DNA of 64,000 nucleotides from an uncultured Pseudomonadales bacterium. Lineage in GTDB: Bacteria; Patescibacteriota; Microgenomatia; UBA1400; PJMF01. Positions 1-9,046 of the stretch are shown in pieces. Position 1 is the first letter of the stretch. Each line of letters opens with the position of its first letter. The notes under the pieces were generated by a model. The model made no database searches, was not told where the DNA came from, and worked only from the letters and a program-made list of their open reading frames with translations. The stretch is taken from contig CAZPQG010000003.1 in assembly GCA_964588685.1 (NCBI GenBank), positions 36,179 to 100,178 on the forward strand, in the 5' to 3' direction. The position numbers and the translations under genes were made by a program.

Positions 1-20
1 AAATCTAGAATCGTAATATA

Positions 21-56
21 AAATCTCCAGTCCAAAAAAACTGGAGATTTTGTTTA
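21..56 (+). terminator. Rho-independent terminator-like hairpin (10-bp stem aaatctccag/ctggagattt, A-rich loop) followed by ttttgttt; probably ends a plus-strand gene upstream of the window or acts bidirectionally for the 172..1227 gene
   Basis: Perfect inverted repeat 21-30/41-50 plus a T-run at 48-56, read directly from the sequence. Confidence 0.45.
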
Positions 57-171
57 AATTCATAAACAAACGTTAGTCTAAATTTATCTTTTTAAATTTT
101 TTAATTGATATAAACTTCTTGCAACATATGTTAAAAATTTTGGAAAGGCATATTGAAATCAAGCACTTTCT

Positions 172-1227
172 TTAAGAAATAAATTTTCCACTAACGATTG
201 TAGCGGTGGTAAACAGCGCTCCTGCCATAACCAGTGTTGAATTTCGGGGACCACTGGTCACTACTCCTTCCGCAATTCTTAATGCTAAAGTATGAGACAA
301 GTAAATCAAGTACGAATATTTCCCGATCATCTGAAGGATTTTAAAATCTCGTTTAGTTGTTTTCAGTAAGACCGGTCCATAGATAATAACTGTTAGAATC
401 ACTGCCGAAGCATATAAAAATACAGAAGGTCTAATAAAACTGGTGGAATAGGCGATATTGTTTGTAGTGTTTATCAACTCTTGTGCATCATTAACCATCC
501 AACTTAGACTGGTTAAAATTATTCCGAACAAAACAATTATCCATAAACTCCGTTCTCTTAGTCTTTTCAAGTTAAGCTGGGCGGCAAATAAACCGAGGGT
601 AAAATAAAAAAACCAGTTAGCGAACAGTCGATATTGCACTTGATCATTGAGAAAAAAATCAGTTAGCAATCCTGCCTCTTGCATCAAAGCCCAACGAATA
701 AATGCGAATAGCAAAATTTGCGATATTCCTGTTCCTGCCAACAACCATTTAAAATAATGCTTCGGTAATAATTTTGAGATTAGAGCAAACAGTATGTAGA
801 ACTGAAATATTAACGGCACAAAATAAAGGTGATAATCAATGTTTCCCAATAAAATTCCTTGCCAAAAACTAACCTCACCTTGAAACCAAGTGTGACTGAC
901 CTGAAGCATAATCAATAGAATCGCAGACCACAGTAAATAAAGTGGTAGTAATTTTTTAAGTCGTCCACCAATAAACTTTTGGGGTGACAAGCATTTTCCC
1001 TGATACTTACGAGCCAATCCAAAACCTGAGAGTGCTAAAAAAAGAGGAACGCTGAAACGCGCTACTTGATTAAGAACTATAAAAATAATATTGAAATCAC
1101 AAACAGTATAAATGCTATCTGGAAACAGCGACAGGATATGCAGCAACACTACCGCCATAATCGCCACTGCTTTTGCTATTAGGCCAACTTTTTTCTCTGT
1201 GTTTACTCTAGATTCCTGATTTGCCAT
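172..1227 (-). CDS. Acyltransferase family 3 (OafA/YrhL-like) integral membrane protein
   Basis: 351 aa, polytopic. 'VARFSVPLFLALSGFGLARKY' and C-terminal 'YLIYLSHTLAL' fit acyltransferase_3 hallmarks. Confidence 0.5.
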   Translation of the reverse strand: MANQESRVNTEKKVGLIAKAVAIMAVVLLHILSLFPDSIYTVCDFNIIFIVLNQVARFSVPLFLALSGFGLARKYQGKCLSPQKFIGGRLKKLLPLYLLWSAILLIMLQVSHTWFQGEVSFWQGILLGNIDYHLYFVPLIFQFYILFALISKLLPKHYFKWLLAGTGISQILLFAFIRWALMQEAGLLTDFFLNDQVQYRLFANWFFYFTLGLFAAQLNLKRLRERSLWIIVLFGIILTSLSWMVNDAQELINTTNNIAYSTSFIRPSVFLYASAVILTVIIYGPVLLKTTKRDFKILQMIGKYSYLIYLSHTLALRIAEGVVTSGPRNSTLVMAGALFTTATIVSGKFIS

Positions 1228-1290
1228 GAGATCATTATTGTATCAAAAAGGTGCATGCGAAATGCAAGATCAAATTGAGTACATTATTAT

Positions 1291-1584
1291 GCGGAAGGGG
1301 CGGGATTTACTGCTCGCTCAGCTTTCGCTGAGCTCCCAGCATAAGCAGGTTTTCGCTGTCGCTCAAACTTGCTTGACTTCTCATCCCGCTGGTACTCATA
1401 TTTCTCAAAATATATTTATAAATATATTTTGAGGAATGCGGAAGGGGCGGGATTTACTGCTCGCTCAGCTTTCGCTGAGCTCCCAGCATAAGCAGGTTTT
1501 CGCTGTCGCTCAAACTTGCTTGACTTCTCATCCCGCTGGTACTCATATTTCTCAAAATATATTTATAAATATATTTTGAGGAAT
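1291..1584. repeat. Two perfect 147-bp tandem direct repeats (1291-1437 and 1438-1584). Each unit starts with the 17-mer gcggaaggggcgggatt, which is identical to the 3' end of the adjacent tRNA-Ser gene. Each unit also holds a 7-bp-stem hairpin (gctcagc tttc gctgagc) and a 26-bp perfect palindrome (caaaatatatttataaatatattttg)
   Basis: Direct comparison of the plus-strand sequence; a third copy of the 17-mer at 1585-1601 is the real tRNA 3' end. Confidence 0.9.
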
Positions 1585-1585
1585 G

Positions 1586-1670
1586 CGGAAGGGGCGGGAT
1601 TCGAACCCGCGAGGCCTGTATAGGCGCCGGTTTTCGAAACCGGTGCAATAGACCACTATGCGACCCTTCC
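1586..1670 (-). tRNA. tRNA-Ser, anticodon CGA, class II with long variable arm
   Basis: Reverse complement gives acceptor GGAAGGG/CCCUUCC, U8, anticodon stem CCGGU/ACCGG with loop UUCGAAA (anticodon CGA), a 16-nt variable arm with GCCU/AGGC stem, and T-arm GCGGG-UUCGAAU-CCCGC. CCA is not encoded. Confidence 0.8.
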
Positions 1671-1682
1671 CTTTTTAAACTA

Positions 1683-1706
1683 AAAATTGCTGCTGCCAGC
1701 AATTTT
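1683..1706. other. Perfect 10-bp inverted repeat (aaaattgctg ctgc cagcaatttt) between the two tRNA genes; a processing or terminator-like hairpin
   Basis: Seen in the sequence; sits in the 52-bp spacer between tRNA-Arg and tRNA-Ser. Confidence 0.4.
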
Positions 1707-1722
1707 AAAAATTTTAAACTTG

Positions 1723-1796
1723 CGCACCCGGCGGGATTCGAACCCACGACCTTCAGTTCCGCAAACTGACGCTCTATCCAGCTAAGCTACGGGTGC
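1723..1796 (-). tRNA. tRNA with anticodon GCG (Arg by anticodon; A20 present), 74 nt, class I
   Basis: Reverse complement gives acceptor GCACCCG/CGGGUGC, D-stem GCUU/GAGC, anticodon stem UCAGU/ACUGA with loop UUGCGGA, T-arm GUGGG-UUCGAAU-CCCGC and discriminator G. Confidence 0.65.
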
Positions 1797-1951
1797 TGAT
1801 AATACTAAAAGCAAAGAACTAAAAAATACAAAAAATAATAAAATTCAATTAAAATTAGCTGCTGTCTCTATATATTTTACTCTGAATTAGGCATTTTGTC
1901 AGGAGACAGATAAACTTATAATTAAAAAATTTAGAGATTAATTATCTTCTC

Positions 1952-2326
1952 TTAGCACCACATTTCAATAATTTTCACGGCAAAAATAGCTGTCCCTATC
2001 ACAGCAGCTGCCATTGCGATCACTAATACAGCTCCGGCTGATAAATCTCTCACTTTTTGGGTAGCTTTATAAGCTAAGTTCTGTTCACGCTGAATCAAAT
2101 TAGCCAGTTCTTCAATAGCGGTATTAAATAATTCCGCTGTCCACACTAAAGCAATTAATATTAAGATCGCAAACCATTCCATACGATCCAAACCAAATAT
2201 TTTGCCTCCTATTAATACCACTGCTGCAGCCAAAATATGACACTGCATACTCAGCTCCTTAAAACTTAATTTGATACCGCTAAATGCATGTTTAAAAGCT
2301 TTAAAAAACCGTTTTATTTTAGACAT
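1952..2326 (-). CDS. dgkA: Diacylglycerol kinase / undecaprenol kinase family (DgkA)
   Basis: 124 aa, 3 TM helices; 'WTAELFNTAIEELANL' matches the DgkA catalytic motif. Confidence 0.7.
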   Translation of the reverse strand: MSKIKRFFKAFKHAFSGIKLSFKELSMQCHILAAAVVLIGGKIFGLDRMEWFAILILIALVWTAELFNTAIEELANLIQREQNLAYKATQKVRDLSAGAVLVIAMAAAVIGTAIFAVKIIEMWC

Positions 2327-2637
2327 AATTATAATTTTTTTTGATAGGCATACTTAATAAGAGCAGCGCTTAAATTATTTTAAGTAAAAAAAATTTATTG
2401 CCACCATATTACAACTACTTATACGTCACTCACATTAGTTTACCATTTTTAGTACAGCAGTTACATTTTGCCATAAATTTTCTGAGGGAAGGCTCTCAGT
2501 GTTTTATCTCCAGCTGAAAACAAAATCTGTTTCCCTGTGGCTAGAGTATTAAAATTCGAGTCACTCCAGGGGGATAATCCCCTTGACCCACCCCATTCGG
2601 ATTTATTCCGCAGCAAGCTGCGGGGCGATAATCAAAA

Positions 2638-4626
2638 TTAAAACAGCTTTTTTTGCCTTTTTTTTTCTCGCTGCTGTTGTTGTTTTTGTTTAAGCTTTGA
2701 TGTTTGCGGATCAGTCTTTTCAATTAATGGTTCTCCTTCAATCTCTGCTAAAAATGAGGAAAGCTGCTGCTTTTGCTGCCATCTATTTTCTGTTGTCAAT
2801 AAAAAAAATCCTTTTTTTGCTCGAGTAAGAGCCACGTATAATAAATTTTTTTCTTCTTGCTGCTGCTTTTCTTTCTCAACCGGTAATATTTGTTTTTTTC
2901 TCAGCTGCAAGGGAATAATGTCTTGCTCAAAACCAAGCAAATAAATCCAATCAAATTCCAAGCCTTTGGCAGCATGCATAGATAATAAGCTAATTTTATC
3001 TGCCTGCTGATCATAAAAATTGCGCTGTTTTAAAGTGGAAAAATAATCTAAAAAAGAAAGCAGTGGGTTGGCTTCATCTTCAAACTGCATTAAGTCCACC
3101 CTTAATTGCGTCCAATTTTCTTGGTCAGTTTTAGGCAAATTGAGCTGCTGTTGAGTGATAGTTAATAGTTTTTGCAAAGAGGCATCTTGCTCAACTGCTT
3201 TTATAGTCTGTTCGTACAGCTGCAAAATTTTTCTAACTTGTGATTGATCTTCAGCCTGAAGACTGCTGCCGGCTGCGGACTGATTTAAAAGCGCCGACCA
3301 TTCAATTTGCTCGTTATTTTGATAATTTAATAATTTATCAATAGTTTGATAAGAAATATCTAAAAATTTATTGGTTAATAATGCAGTCCAAAATTGGTCC
3401 TCAGGATGATTTTCTTGACTATTAGCTGCTTGATTGCTGCCGCTCCGACTGTCAGTTTCTGCTTGATTAATTTTAACTGTCGCGGCTGCGATACGCCACA
3501 AATTAATTAGCAACTGTACGCTGTTAGTTGAATATAAAGAATCTTTGCCCACCTTTTGATAGGGCCAGCCGGCTTGTTTTATTTTCTTTTCAATCTCTGA
3601 CCCCAGTTGGTGTAAACGATAAACAATAGCAAAATCTTTAAACAAAGCTCCTGTTTGTTGATGGTAATTGCTGGCTGAAATTAAACCGGAACCTCCCAGT
3701 TTGGCTTCAATTTGGTCCACAATCCAATCAGCCTCTGTAAACTGATTTAAAGTACGAATTAACTGTGTCTGGCCAGGTGTTTCAACTTGCGTTAACAGCT
3801 CTTTTTCTTGAGGAAATAAACGGCCGGCAACAGTTAGTATCTCTTGGCGGCTGCGATAATTTTTTACCAAATTGTGAGAAGATGTCCGGCTAAAATCTTG
3901 CTTTAATTTATCAAAGGAAGCAGCACTGGCACCGCGAAAACCATAAATTGCTTGCCGAGGGTCACCAATCGCAAATAACTGTCTGCCTTGCTTAGCCCAC
4001 AAAACAGCAATTTGGTACTGCAAGGGACTTACATCCTGAAATTCATCAATTAATAAATATGAACTGGGTGAAAAACTGCTGATTTTAACTTTATGCAGTA
4101 ATCTCAGCAGCAAATCATCATAATCAATTTGTTGCCTGCTTTTTAATTGCTGTTGATACGACTGATAAAGCTCGCTAATTTCAGCCGACACTTGAGATAA
4201 TAAAGCGTGATCATTTTTAATTTGACTGACAGCCAGCAAAGCATCGTCAGCACTTATTTCTAACTTTAGATTATCTACAAGAGCCTGCATCATTCGCCAT
4301 TGATCAATATCTGTTACTAAATCAAGTTGAGATAAATCCAACAATTGAACAGCTAATGAATGAAAAGTTCCCAAATTTAGATTGCCAGCAGCTGTATCTC
4401 CAACTGCAGTTTTAATCCTATTTTTTATTTCTTGGGCAGCTCGACGAGTAAAAGTAATAGCCGTAATTTGGCCCGTTTGAACACCGGTAGACAAGAGGTA
4501 GTTAATTTTTGCCACCAGAGTCATAGTCTTACCTGTACCCGGACCGGCTTTCACCAGTACGATTTGGTCGTCATCTTTAACTGCTTTTTTTTGGGCCGAA
4601 TTGAGCTGCTGAAAAAAAGAACGCAT
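2638..4626 (-). CDS. UvrD/PcrA/Rep-type superfamily 1 DNA helicase with Lys-rich C-terminal tail
   Basis: 662 aa. Walker A 'AGPGTGKT', motif II 'LIDEFQDVS', 'VKNYRSRQEIL', 'LSMHAAKGLEFD', 'LLYVALTRAKK'. Confidence 0.85.
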   Translation of the reverse strand: MRSFFQQLNSAQKKAVKDDDQIVLVKAGPGTGKTMTLVAKINYLLSTGVQTGQITAITFTRRAAQEIKNRIKTAVGDTAAGNLNLGTFHSLAVQLLDLSQLDLVTDIDQWRMMQALVDNLKLEISADDALLAVSQIKNDHALLSQVSAEISELYQSYQQQLKSRQQIDYDDLLLRLLHKVKISSFSPSSYLLIDEFQDVSPLQYQIAVLWAKQGRQLFAIGDPRQAIYGFRGASAASFDKLKQDFSRTSSHNLVKNYRSRQEILTVAGRLFPQEKELLTQVETPGQTQLIRTLNQFTEADWIVDQIEAKLGGSGLISASNYHQQTGALFKDFAIVYRLHQLGSEIEKKIKQAGWPYQKVGKDSLYSTNSVQLLINLWRIAAATVKINQAETDSRSGSNQAANSQENHPEDQFWTALLTNKFLDISYQTIDKLLNYQNNEQIEWSALLNQSAAGSSLQAEDQSQVRKILQLYEQTIKAVEQDASLQKLLTITQQQLNLPKTDQENWTQLRVDLMQFEDEANPLLSFLDYFSTLKQRNFYDQQADKISLLSMHAAKGLEFDWIYLLGFEQDIIPLQLRKKQILPVEKEKQQQEEKNLLYVALTRAKKGFFLLTTENRWQQKQQLSSFLAEIEGEPLIEKTDPQTSKLKQKQQQQREKKRQKKLF

Positions 4627-4661
4627 GAAAAATTTGTAAAAATAATATAAACCTCAAATAT

Positions 4662-5957
4662 TTAAAAACCTAAAGTTTTTTGGCCTTTAAATGATTTTGC
4701 TTCTTTTTCATCTTTAAAAAGCTTAATCTCGCCGTAAACACCATCGTAACCGGGTTTAACAATCACTTTTCCTGCCCGCATGCGTCTAATAGCCTCTGCT
4801 ATCACCGGCCAGCTTGCTTGTTTAAGCTCAGCAACTTCAACTTGGCGCAAAATCTTGAACTCACTGCCAAATTGAGACAACAACTGCTGATATATATTTT
4901 GCACTGTTTTAGTTTGCGTCCCCTTCACTCCACTGACTTCTGCAATTATTTCAGGCAGCGGAATAATATATTCTACTTTTTTATGATTTTTAGGTACAAA
5001 ATCAGCCGATCGATCAGCTAATTGGTCAACCTGATAATCTACTCCCAATACTAAAGGTTTCCCACATTGAGGACATATGCCTTCATGTTTTTTAGTCTCT
5101 TGAGGACTAAAAACAACGTTGCACTTGCGGTGTCCATCATAATGATATTTTCCTTCTTGAGGATAAAACTCTATGGTACCAACAAAGCGCTCATCATTGC
5201 TGACAATAGCGCCATAAATCTCCGGATAAGACAAATCAGTGTTAATTACATTGGCTTCACGCCCTAAATTTTGAGGAGAGTGAGCGTCTGAATTGGATAC
5301 TAAAGTTACATGGTCTAAATTAGACACTCTCCAATTCATAAAAGGATCTGAAGAGAGACCAGTTTCAACAGCTTTAATTTCAGGCGCTAATTCTTCAAAG
5401 GCTTCTGCTAAAGAATTAAAGCCTGATTTTGAGCCAAACATGGCGAACCAAGGGGTCCAAATATGAGCCGGAATAAACAAAGTTTGGTCACCGGCAGCTT
5501 TAACGATTTTAAATAATTCTTTACTATCCAGGCCTAAAATTGGTCTGCCGTCTGCTGATAGATTGCCGATATTGTTAAGCTGAGCATTAATTTTAGCCAC
5601 TGTTTTAAAATCAGGGGCCGCTGCTAATTGATGCAGCTTACGTACTGAATCTTTTTTACTGTAAATGGTACTTATTTCCGCAGTCAAAATAAATCTCACT
5701 TCACTATGACGGCAAGCTTCAGGAATTTGAGCCTCGACCTCTTTTTTAAAATCCGACTTTAATTGCCATAAACCGGGCTCAGCCGGCTCAAGTTGATGCT
5801 GCATCTCCTCAATCCACTGCGGATGTGTAAAATCACCGGTCCCGACTACATTAATTCCTTTAATTTTGGCCCATAAATAAATTTGCGGCAGAGTCATATC
5901 AGCGCTAGTGGCTCGAGAATAATGCGAGTGGAGATGTAAATCAACAATTAAAGACAT
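4662..5957 (-). CDS. PHP-domain metal-dependent nuclease/phosphoesterase with C-terminal Cys4 zinc ribbon; resembles endonuclease Q (EndoQ, TIGR00375-like)
   Basis: 431 aa. N-terminal 'DLHLHSHYSRATSADMT...GINVVGTGDFTHPQW' PHP motif; 'HRKCNVVF...GICPQCGKP' zinc ribbon; 36 bp upstream of the helicase on the same strand. Confidence 0.55.
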   Translation of the reverse strand: MSLIVDLHLHSHYSRATSADMTLPQIYLWAKIKGINVVGTGDFTHPQWIEEMQHQLEPAEPGLWQLKSDFKKEVEAQIPEACRHSEVRFILTAEISTIYSKKDSVRKLHQLAAAPDFKTVAKINAQLNNIGNLSADGRPILGLDSKELFKIVKAAGDQTLFIPAHIWTPWFAMFGSKSGFNSLAEAFEELAPEIKAVETGLSSDPFMNWRVSNLDHVTLVSNSDAHSPQNLGREANVINTDLSYPEIYGAIVSNDERFVGTIEFYPQEGKYHYDGHRKCNVVFSPQETKKHEGICPQCGKPLVLGVDYQVDQLADRSADFVPKNHKKVEYIIPLPEIIAEVSGVKGTQTKTVQNIYQQLLSQFGSEFKILRQVEVAELKQASWPVIAEAIRRMRAGKVIVKPGYDGVYGEIKLFKDEKEAKSFKGQKTLGF

Positions 5958-6138
5958 AGAATTATCCTCTTAAATTCATGTTTATTACCGGTGTTAATTG
6001 CTAAAAAAATTAATAATCACACATTAATTATTAAAAAACTACAAACCATTGTAAAACAGTTTTCTAAAATCGCATTGCTATACTATAATAGCATCTAATT
6101 AAACATTATTTTCTTATCAATCTATTATTTTATCTTCT

Positions 6139-7470
6139 ATGAAAATCACTCATATTAAGGCCCAAGAAATTCTTGACTCCCGCGGCAATCCAACAGTCGA
6201 AGCTCATGTCACCGTTGAAGGAGATGTAACTACTAAAGCGGCCGTACCTTCAGGAGCTTCTACCGGCAGCCATGAAGCTTTGGAGTTGAGAGATGGGGAT
6301 GATAAGCGTTACCTGGGTAAAGGGGTGCAAAAAGCTGTGGCTAACGTTAATAATTTAATTGAACCGGAATTAATTGGCATGGATGTGACGAACCAAGCAG
6401 CTATTGACCAAAAAATGCTGTCTTTAGACGGGACTAAATTAAAAAAAGAATTGGGAGCCAATGCAATTTTGGCAGTTTCAATGGCCGTGACTCGAGCCGG
6501 TGCCCAAGCAAAAAATCTGCCTTTATATGCTTATATTAACACTTTGTTTAACGCTGAAGTAGAGTCTAACAGCGACACAGAGCTTAACAGCGACACAAAC
6601 CAATTTTTAATGCCGGTGCCAATGATGAATGTATTAAACGGCGGAGAACACGCAGTCGGAGGCGTTGACATGCAAGAATACATGATCATGCCGGTAGGAG
6701 CCCCTAATATTCAAGAAGCAATCCGCTGGGGGTCTGAAATTTTTCACGTCTTAGGCAAAATTTTAAAAGAACAAGGTTATCAAACCACTGTCGGCGACGA
6801 GGGCGGATATGCTCCCAAACTTGATTCAAATGAAGCACCGCTAAAATTAATTATGCAGGCTATTAAACAAGCCGGTTATCAACCGGGTGCAGAGATTAGT
6901 ATTGCGATGGATCCAGCCGCTTCCGAATTTTATCAAGGTGGCCGCTATCATCTAGCGATAGAAGACAAGCAGTTAACTGCTGAAGAATTGATAGCAAAAT
7001 ATCAACGCTGGAATGAAAACTATCCCATTATTTCAATTGAGGATGGTTTGGCTGAGGACGACTGGGACGGTTTCAAGCTTATGACTGACAAAATGGGCGA
7101 TAAAATGCAAATTGTCGGCGATGACCTGCTTGTCACCAACCACGACAGATTAAAAAAAGCAATCAAAGAAGAAGCCTGCAACTCAATTTTAATTAAACTT
7201 AATCAAATTGGATCTGTCACTGAAACTATTAACACTATTAAATTAGCTAAGGAAGCCGAGTTTACAGCCATAGTCTCACATCGATCCGGAGAAACTGAAG
7301 ATACATTTATTGCTGATTTTGTAGTCGGGGCTCAAACCGGACAAATTAAGACTGGTTCTTTAAGTAGAAGTGAGAGAGTGGCTAAATACAATCAGTTAAT
7401 GAGAATCGAGAGAAAGTTGGGTGAACAGAGCGCTTATGCATCGATGCCTTTTGCTAAACAAGCAGCATAA
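6139..7470 (+). CDS. eno: Enolase (phosphopyruvate hydratase)
   Basis: 443 aa, full-length colinear enolase ('[11 protein letters not shown]', '[15 protein letters not shown]'); carries a short in-frame repeat insertion ('[11 protein letters not shown]'). Confidence 0.95.
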   Translation: MKITHIKAQEILDSRGNPTVEAHVTVEGDVTTKAAVPSGASTGSHEALELRDGDDKRYLGKGVQKAVANVNNLIEPELIGMDVTNQAAIDQKMLSLDGTKLKKELGANAILAVSMAVTRAGAQAKNLPLYAYINTLFNAEVESNSDTELNSDTNQFLMPVPMMNVLNGGEHAVGGVDMQEYMIMPVGAPNIQEAIRWGSEIFHVLGKILKEQGYQTTVGDEGGYAPKLDSNEAPLKLIMQAIKQAGYQPGAEISIAMDPAASEFYQGGRYHLAIEDKQLTAEELIAKYQRWNENYPIISIEDGLAEDDWDGFKLMTDKMGDKMQIVGDDLLVTNHDRLKKAIKEEACNSILIKLNQIGSVTETINTIKLAKEAEFTAIVSHRSGETEDTFIADFVVGAQTGQIKTGSLSRSERVAKYNQLMRIERKLGEQSAYASMPFAKQAA

Positions 7471-7531
7471 AATTATTAAAAATTAGGCGCTGATCTTATT
7501 AAGCACTTATCTAATACTTATTTTTAGACAC

Positions 7532-9046
7532 ATGAATCAACCCAAAGTATTGATGTTTATTTTAGACGGCTGGGGTATTAATAAACCTTATCCCGGTAAT
7601 GCTATTCGCCTAGCCGAAACCCCTTTTTTTGATGACTTATGGCACAATCAACCCCATGCTAAACTTGACTGCTCCGGTTTAGCTGTCGGACTGCCTGCAG
7701 GACAAATGGGTACTTCTGAAGTTAACCACATGATTATTGGCGCCGGCAAAATTATTTATCAAGATTTAGTTAAAATCAACCAGGCAATTGATGATGAAAG
7801 TTTTTTTACCAACCCGGAATTTATCAAAGCCTTTGAGCACGTCAAAAAACATGACTCTCGTTTACATCTGAAAGGACTATATAGTCCGGGCGGAGTACAC
7901 TCCCACAGCAAACATTTTAAAGCGTTGCTGCAGGCTTCCAAGCAGCATGGTTTAGAGGATAAAACTTTTTTACATTTAATGACCGACGGCAGAGATACAA
8001 AGCCTAAAGCGGCTCTTGAGTATATTACAGATTTAGAAAATTTTTTAGAAACTAACCAGATCGGTCAAATTGTTAGCATTAGCGGTCGTTATTATGCTAT
8101 GGATCGAGATAATAATTGGGAGCGCACTGATCAATATTTTGACATGATTACACAAGGCAAAACTGAGCATATTTTTAAAACTGCCGCCCAAGCTATTCAA
8201 ACTAATTACCAACAAGAAATTAGTGATGAATTCATTGAGCCAGCTTTAATTAAGCCGGAAAAAAAAGAACCAATTTTAATTAGAGAAAATGATGCTGTTA
8301 TTTTTCTTAATTTCCGCAGCGATCGACCGCGGCAGCTTGTAGCTCGCTTTATCGAACAAGGCCCGTCCAATTTATATTACCTCACCATGACTCAATATAA
8401 TCAGGACTTTCAACTGCCGGTTGCTTTTCCCCCCGAAAAAGTAGAACAAACTTTAGGAGCAGCTATCTCACAAGCTAATCTAAAACAATTACGAATTACT
8501 GAAACAGAAAAATTTGCGCACTTAACTTTTTTTATGAACTGCAAGCGCGAAAAGCCTTACCCTTTGGAAGAAAGGATTATGTTTGACTCTTATTCAGATA
8601 TTAAGAACCACGATGAAAGACCGGAAATGAGAACGCCGGATATTGCCAGCCGGCTGAAACAAGAAATAGCTGCTGAAAATTTTTCAGCAATTTTTACTAA
8701 CTTTTGTAATGCTGATATGGTCGGCCACACCGGTAATATTCCAGCTACTATTAAAGGCATTGAAGCCATTGATCAAGCATTATCAACTGTTATACCGACA
8801 GCACAACAGCACGGCTATGAGATTATTGTTACTGCAGACCACGGTAATGCTGAACAAATGCTTGACGAAGAAGAAGGTGACAGCATCACTGCTCACAGCA
8901 ACTATCCGGTGCCCTTCATTTTGATTTCCGAAAAATATCAACAGTTAAATCAATCTCAAGCAGGCATGGTCAATATAGCACCAACAATTTTAAAATTACT
9001 AACACTTAAAAAACCTGACGAAATGACGGGAGAACCTCTAATCTAA
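7532..9046 (+). CDS. gpmI: 2,3-bisphosphoglycerate-independent phosphoglycerate mutase
   Basis: 504 aa; 'ILDGWG', 'MGTSEVNHM', 'TADHGNAE' iPGM motifs; adjacent to eno. Confidence 0.9.
   Translation: MNQPKVLMFILDGWGINKPYPGNAIRLAETPFFDDLWHNQPHAKLDCSGLAVGLPAGQMGTSEVNHMIIGAGKIIYQDLVKINQAIDDESFFTNPEFIKAFEHVKKHDSRLHLKGLYSPGGVHSHSKHFKALLQASKQHGLEDKTFLHLMTDGRDTKPKAALEYITDLENFLETNQIGQIVSISGRYYAMDRDNNWERTDQYFDMITQGKTEHIFKTAAQAIQTNYQQEISDEFIEPALIKPEKKEPILIRENDAVIFLNFRSDRPRQLVARFIEQGPSNLYYLTMTQYNQDFQLPVAFPPEKVEQTLGAAISQANLKQLRITETEKFAHLTFFMNCKREKPYPLEERIMFDSYSDIKNHDERPEMRTPDIASRLKQEIAAENFSAIFTNFCNADMVGHTGNIPATIKGIEAIDQALSTVIPTAQQHGYEIIVTADHGNAEQMLDEEEGDSITAHSNYPVPFILISEKYQQLNQSQAGMVNIAPTILKLLTLKKPDEMTGEPLI

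Noticed and set aside
1226-1747. ORFs 1226..1432 (+) and 1454..1747 (-) from the six-frame track
   Set aside because: They lie entirely within the 147-bp tandem repeats and overlap both tRNA genes; repeat-driven open frames, not genes.
2568-2625. Two small hairpins (ggggat-a-atcccc; ccgcagc-aa-gctgcgg) downstream of the helicase as intrinsic terminators
   Set aside because: Neither is followed by a U-tract on the minus (transcribed) strand; kept only as a note, not called as a terminator.
2541-2723. 60-aa ORF overlapping the 3' end of the helicase gene
   Set aside because: It overlaps the helicase coding sequence and the downstream hairpins; low-complexity translation, no support.
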